Shown here: positions 59,866 through 64,000 of the stretch, piece after piece | How positions within the stretch are numbered: position 1 is the stretch's first letter | Layout of the letters: every line of letters starts with the position of its first letter | NCBI GenBank assembly: GCA_947490395.1 | Contig: CANLGW010000001.1 | Location: forward strand, 3,541-67,540 | Source of the DNA: Alphaproteobacteria bacterium | Lineage (GTDB): Bacteria; Pseudomonadota; Alphaproteobacteria; Paracaedibacterales; CAIOTO01 | DNA: 64,000 nt | Direction: 5' to 3' | Program-made: the position numbers and the translations under genes | Notes under the pieces: model-generated | The model's input: the letters and a program-made list of their open reading frames with translations, nothing else | Told to the model about the DNA's origin: nothing | The model's database searches: none

Positions 59866-60429
59866 TTAAACGACGGTAATATCTTTTTGTTTAGCAGCAA
59901 GGTGTTCATCAACTTTTTTAATATGTTCATCAGTTAACGTTTGAACATCAGCTGACAGACGGTGTTGTTCATCTTCTGAAATATCGCCATCTTTTTCAAG
60001 CTTTTTCAAAAATTCCATACCATCACGACGCACGTTACGCACGTTAATACGCGCATCTTCCGCATATTTTCCAGCCAATTTCGCAAGTTCTTGACGACGT
60101 TGTTCATTTAGCGCTGGAATTGGTACACGAATATTTTGCCCGTCAGCAGCTGGATCGACACCAAGCCCCGCATCACGAATAGCTTTTTCAACACTTTTCA
60201 CAAGGCCTTTATCCCACACTTGCACAATAATCAAACGCGCTTCAGGAACAGATACGGTACCAACTTGATTAAGTGGCATCAATGAACCATAGGCATCAAC
60301 TTTTACAGGGTCAAGCAAATTTGCCGATGCACGACCAGCTCTGATCCCTGAAAGCTCGCGTAAAAGACTATCAACGCTTGCTTGCATGCGACGATCATAG
60401 TCGCTTAAACGTGGGTCTGTTTTTGACAT
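59866..60429 (-). CDS. frr: Ribosome recycling factor
   Basis: 187 aa, collinear with Frr ([24 protein letters not shown]). Confidence 0.95.
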   Translation of the reverse strand: MSKTDPRLSDYDRRMQASVDSLLRELSGIRAGRASANLLDPVKVDAYGSLMPLNQVGTVSVPEARLIIVQVWDKGLVKSVEKAIRDAGLGVDPAADGQNIRVPIPALNEQRRQELAKLAGKYAEDARINVRNVRRDGMEFLKKLEKDGDISEDEQHRLSADVQTLTDEHIKKVDEHLAAKQKDITVV

Positions 60430-60454
60430 AAATACACCTCAAAACATAATGAAT

Positions 60455-61186
60455 CTAAGAAATCTTTGTAAAGCGCCCATTATTACAAATGGTATCGACA
60501 AAACCATTTTCTTTATAAATTGAAAAAATACGCATAGGCAAATGATTATCCTGCGCAAGTGCAATGGCTGTTGCATCCATAACACCTATTTTGTTTATTA
60601 GCACATCTTGATAAGAAAGGTTAGCGATAAATTCAGCATTTGGATTTTTTGCAGGATCTTCTGTGAAAACACCATCTACTTTTGTTGCTTTAAGCATTAA
60701 ATCACATTCCATTTCGGAGGCACGCAATGTAGCCGCTGTATCCGTTGTGAAATATGGGTTCCCAGTGCCGCCCGAAAAAATGACAACACGCCCTTTTTCC
60801 ATATGCCGTATCGCACGAAGACGAACATAAAATTCGGCTATTGTTTCCATAGGAACTGCTGACATGAGACGACAAGGAACCCCTTCAGCCTGGATCGCAT
60901 TGTGCATCGCTAGACCATTAATAATAGTGGCTAACATCCCCATATGATCAGATGTTGTTCGATTTAAGTCGTGTGTTGCCATACCATGAACACCACGAAA
61001 AATGTTACCACCACCGACGACAAGGCATACTTGCACGCCAAGATCACATACATTCTTAATGTCACGAGCAATGCGTTCCAACATTTCTTGCGAAATACCA
61101 AAATTCGTACAGCTATCAGTAGTGGTGCTTGCTAATGCCTCACACGACAGCTTCAGCAACACACGCTTAAATACAGTTTTTGACAT
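60455..61186 (-). CDS. pyrH: UMP kinase
   Basis: 243 aa with KRVLLKLS.E and VVGGGNIFRG. Confidence 0.95.
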   Translation of the reverse strand: MSKTVFKRVLLKLSCEALASTTTDSCTNFGISQEMLERIARDIKNVCDLGVQVCLVVGGGNIFRGVHGMATHDLNRTTSDHMGMLATIINGLAMHNAIQAEGVPCRLMSAVPMETIAEFYVRLRAIRHMEKGRVVIFSGGTGNPYFTTDTAATLRASEMECDLMLKATKVDGVFTEDPAKNPNAEFIANLSYQDVLINKIGVMDATAIALAQDNHLPMRIFSIYKENGFVDTICNNGRFTKIS

Positions 61187-61191
61187 AATAC

Positions 61192-62127
61192 TTAAGCAAT
61201 CTTTGCTTGCGCCATTACTTCAGCTGCAAAGTCTGATTCTTCTTTTTCGATGCCCTCACCAAGTGAATAACGAATAAAACCTGTTAAAGTTACATCAGTT
61301 CCCAACTCTTTTGCAGCTTGTGCAACAACATCACTGATTTTTGTCTTACCATCCATAACAAATGGTTGCTCAAGAAGAACAATTTCTTCGTAGTATTTAC
61401 GAACACGACCTTCAACCATTTTTTGAATCACATCTTCAGGACGACCAGAAGCACGGGCTTGATCAATCAAGATATTACGTTCACGTTCCAGCATTTCTGG
61501 ATCAACTTTATCAATGGACAACGCTTGTGGATGAGCAGCTGCAATATGCATTGCAATTCGTTTGCCTAAATCCATTAATGTTGCTGCATCCCCTGTTGAT
61601 TCAAGCGCAACTGATACGCCAATACGACCAAGACCTGCCGCTGTAGCATTATGCATATAGGTTGCAACCGCACCATTCGCAACAGATAAGCGTTCAATGC
61701 GACGTAAATTCATATTTTCACCGATAAGCGCGATTAAACGTGTCAATTCATCATTAACCGTTACGGATTCACCTGTATAAGGCGCCGCAAGTAATGTTTC
61801 AACTGTGTAATCTTTTGCAGCTGCAATTGATGCAATCTGAGAAACCATCGCTTGAAAATGTTCACTACGGGCGATAAAGTCTGTTTCGGCATTCACTTCA
61901 ACAACAGCAGCAGCTTTACCATCATCCCGTGCTGCAATACCAACCAAACCCTCTGCTGCTACACGTCCAGCTTTTTTAGCAGCTGCAGCCAAACCTTTTT
62001 TACGAAGCCAGTCAACAGCGGCCTCAAGATCGCCAGCAACTTCATTAAGTGCCTTTTTGCAATCCATCATGCCTGCGCCTGTCTTTTCACGTAATGTTTT
62101 AACGAGGGTTGCTGTAATTTCTGTCAT
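61192..62127 (-). CDS. tsf: Elongation factor Ts
   Basis: 311 aa with [20 protein letters not shown]. Confidence 0.95.
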   Translation of the reverse strand: MTEITATLVKTLREKTGAGMMDCKKALNEVAGDLEAAVDWLRKKGLAAAAKKAGRVAAEGLVGIAARDDGKAAAVVEVNAETDFIARSEHFQAMVSQIASIAAAKDYTVETLLAAPYTGESVTVNDELTRLIALIGENMNLRRIERLSVANGAVATYMHNATAAGLGRIGVSVALESTGDAATLMDLGKRIAMHIAAAHPQALSIDKVDPEMLERERNILIDQARASGRPEDVIQKMVEGRVRKYYEEIVLLEQPFVMDGKTKISDVVAQAAKELGTDVTLTGFIRYSLGEGIEKEESDFAAEVMAQAKIA

Positions 62128-62154
62128 AATAAAAATCCTTTAAAGATAGGTGAT

Positions 62155-62178
62155 AAAAAAAAGGGGCCGAAGCCCCTT
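62155..62178 (-). terminator. Intra-operon hairpin plus T-run between rpsB and tsf (attenuator/terminator)
   Basis: The minus strand reads aaggggc-ttcg-gcccctt followed by a T-run, 18 nt after the rpsB stop and about 28 nt before the tsf start. Confidence 0.75.
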
Positions 62179-62195
62179 AACATGTAACTTCGTTT

Positions 62196-62963
62196 TTAGG
62201 CATTCACAACTTGCGCGAGCTCTTCATCCTCAACAGGTGCGTCAATAGAAGCACCAAGATCAATACCAGCTGAACGCATTTCCGCTTGCAATCCATCAAG
62301 AACAGCATCAGCAACAAGATCACAATAAAAGTTAATCGCACGTAAAGCGTCATCGTTCCCAGGAATTGGAAAAGCAACACCTTCTGGATCTGAGTTTGAA
62401 TCCAAAACAGCAACAACAGGAATACCAAGACGGTTGGCTTCTTTGATTGAAATATCTTCTTTATTTGTATCAATCACAAAAAGAATATCAGGCAAACCAC
62501 CCATATCACGCACACCACCAATAACAAGTTCCAACTTATTACGTTCACGTTGGCGGCTGAGAATTTCTTTTTTTGTCAAACGACCAGGGCTTGCTAATTC
62601 TTCTTCCATTTCTTTAAGACGCTTAATTGACTGGTTAACTGTTTTCCAGTTTGTCAACATTCCACCAAGCCAGCGATGATTCACATAATATTGCCCACAA
62701 CGCTTAGCCGCATCTTTTACTTTTTCAGATGCTTGTGGTTTTGTACCAACAAATAAAACACGACCACCTGAGGCAACCGTATCACGCACAGCCTGAATCG
62801 CACGTTGCAACATTGGCATCGTAAGTTCAAGGTTAAGAATATGAATTTTATTTCTTTCGCCAAAAATGTATTGAGCCATCTTAGGGTTCCAGCGACGTGT
62901 TGTATGTCCGTAGTGTAAGCCTGCCTCAAGAAGCTGACGCATTGTAAAACTTGGCATTGCCAT
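62196..62963 (-). CDS. rpsB: 30S ribosomal protein S2
   Basis: The ORF track starts at 63002. I prefer the ATG at 62963 ([20 protein letters not shown], the canonical S2 N-terminus), with GGGAG upstream. Confidence 0.95.
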   Translation of the reverse strand: MAMPSFTMRQLLEAGLHYGHTTRRWNPKMAQYIFGERNKIHILNLELTMPMLQRAIQAVRDTVASGGRVLFVGTKPQASEKVKDAAKRCGQYYVNHRWLGGMLTNWKTVNQSIKRLKEMEEELASPGRLTKKEILSRQRERNKLELVIGGVRDMGGLPDILFVIDTNKEDISIKEANRLGIPVVAVLDSNSDPEGVAFPIPGNDDALRAINFYCDLVADAVLDGLQAEMRSAGIDLGASIDAPVEDEELAQVVNA

Positions 62964-63416
62964 AAATATAATACTCCCGTATTCCGATTGATTCCCCCGC
63001 AATTTCTACTGTTTCCAGCATCGGATTGAGGATTCACATCCCCATATATTGCGGTATGGATTTAGTTAATGAGTGGAGTATATCACACTTCGCGTGCGTG
63101 ATACCAGACTTTTCTCAAAATTATACAATATACGACACGCTAATGAAGACAACAAAATATCGTTTCTTGACGAAGTATATGCCAAAATTAATTAGAATAA
63201 ATAGTTTTAAAAATATTAAAAATAATCATAGTAATGCTTTCCCATGACTATTCAGAATAACACTGAATAGCCATGTTTATTTTATAAATAACAAAAGTGA
63301 GACGTTAAAGACACAGTTACCTTTGCTACATACAAAGATTAATTAAATTTTTATCTTTACACAGTTAAAAAAAGCGTCAAAAATTAATTAAAGTTTAATT
63401 TATTTGGAGTTTTTTT

Positions 63417-64000
63417 ATGCGTTCTCAAACAATGTGGCAAATCCCACTTCTACTCGGCGTCGCTCTACAAACAGCGAGTACCGCGAGCGCGCCTGCAGCT
63501 CCCATTACTGCACCAGCAAAAATAGTTGCACCTGCCGTTGTTGTGGCACCTGCTGTCATTCCAACAGCTGCACCTGTTGTTAAATCAACTGCACCTATCG
63601 TTAAATCAGCTGCACCAATCGACACAGCAACATTACTTAAGCAAATCGATGATCTAAAAGGTCAAGTTGCCCGTATTGCTAAAAAGCAACGCGAAGCAGA
63701 AGAAAAACACGAAACAACGCATAAAATTGAAGATGCAAAAATGAACATTCTTCAAGCACGCCAAACATCACAATGGCCAGAAGGTTTTTTTGACATTCAA
63801 GGTACAAACTCAGCCATTAAAATTGGTGGCCGCATAAAGGTTGATGGAAGCTATTCTGGTGGTCAGAAAAGCGGTAACGCAGGTGACTCCATGTTCGTTC
63901 GAACATTACCACTTAAAGGTGCCGATCAAAAAGCTGGAAAATCAGGACATTTCAACGGCACATTACAAGGCTCACGCATTCACTTGAGCACAATTACACG
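63417..64000 (+). CDS. Outer-membrane porin-like protein, N-terminal 194 codons (continues beyond the window)
   Basis: My own translation from the ATG at 63417 (GGAG 7 nt upstream) gives MRSQTMWQIPLLLGVALQTASTASA, an Ala/Pro/Val-rich repeat and the coiled-coil LLKQIDDLKGQVARIAKKQREAEEKHE. Beta-strand-like WPEGFFDIQGTNSAIKIGGRIKVDGSY follows. The architecture resembles coiled-coil-anchored (DcaP-like) porins. Confidence 0.6.
   Translation, partial: MRSQTMWQIPLLLGVALQTASTASAPAAPITAPAKIVAPAVVVAPAVIPTAAPVVKSTAPIVKSAAPIDTATLLKQIDDLKGQVARIAKKQREAEEKHETTHKIEDAKMNILQARQTSQWPEGFFDIQGTNSAIKIGGRIKVDGSYSGGQKSGNAGDSMFVRTLPLKGADQKAGKSGHFNGTLQGSRIHLSTIT

Noticed and set aside
63026-63247. A 73-aa plus-strand ORF in the rpsB/porin spacer. 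On the opposite strand there is a possible extended -10 element (tgtataat, 63120-63127) for an rpsB leader of about 150 nt.
   Set aside because: The ORF has no RBS, an odd composition and no recognisable family. The promoter and leader idea is plausible, since S2 autoregulates via its leader in other bacteria, but I cannot support it from sequence alone.
63425-63625. A 66-aa minus-strand ORF rich in Ala/Gly/Thr.
   Set aside because: It is antisense to the Ala/Pro/Val repeat of the porin-like gene, which has a proper RBS, a signal peptide and continuation into beta-strand sequence.

Overview
This window is a 64-kb stretch of an AT-rich alphaproteobacterial chromosome. The family-level evidence is an NtrY-like kinase, a DUF1058-type SH3 protein, an N-terminally extended AtpD, LptD/E/F/G and an SPFH/NfeD pair. 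An organophosphate antiporter, ProP-like MFS transporters, several Sec-signal ORFans and scattered transporter operons suggest a host-associated lifestyle, but that is inference. Coding is dense: about 54 CDS, roughly three quarters on the minus strand, mostly housekeeping. The recognisable genes are: partial ntrY-like, a GlpT/UhpC-type MFS, mrcA, yejF, rimI-tsaB, a BepA-like M48 protease, rne, surA, lptF-lptG-lptD, parC, yejB, a polyamine ABC binding protein plus ATPase, znuCB, dut, a DEAD-box helicase, bcp, an RND efflux pair, phzF, SPFH/NfeD, lptE-lpxB, rph, aroK, atpHAGD, a class-C-type serine hydrolase, yggT, folB plus an SDR, and frr-pyrH-tsf-rpsB. A porin gene runs off the right edge. 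By eye I found no rRNA, tRNA, CRISPR, transposase, integrase, phage or recognisable defence genes, and no convincing novel multi-gene system. Five things are not ordinary. (1) Two families of structured, palindromic MITE-like intergenic repeats have three copies each. Family A shows compensatory changes in its hairpin stem across copies, and in family B the inner hairpin positions are kept while the stem sequences differ. (2) Three perfect DnaA boxes plus one near-perfect box sit in a 407-bp AT-rich spacer at about 37.3-37.5 kb. (3) A patch of Sec-signal ORFans lies at 53-58 kb, bounded by the repeats, and another ORFan at 8.3 kb carries a K12 tract encoded by an A-rich simple repeat. (4) The atp operon ends at atpD with no atpC. 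(5) ABC-transporter operons are fragmented. All functional calls rest on my reading of the supplied translations; no database search was possible.
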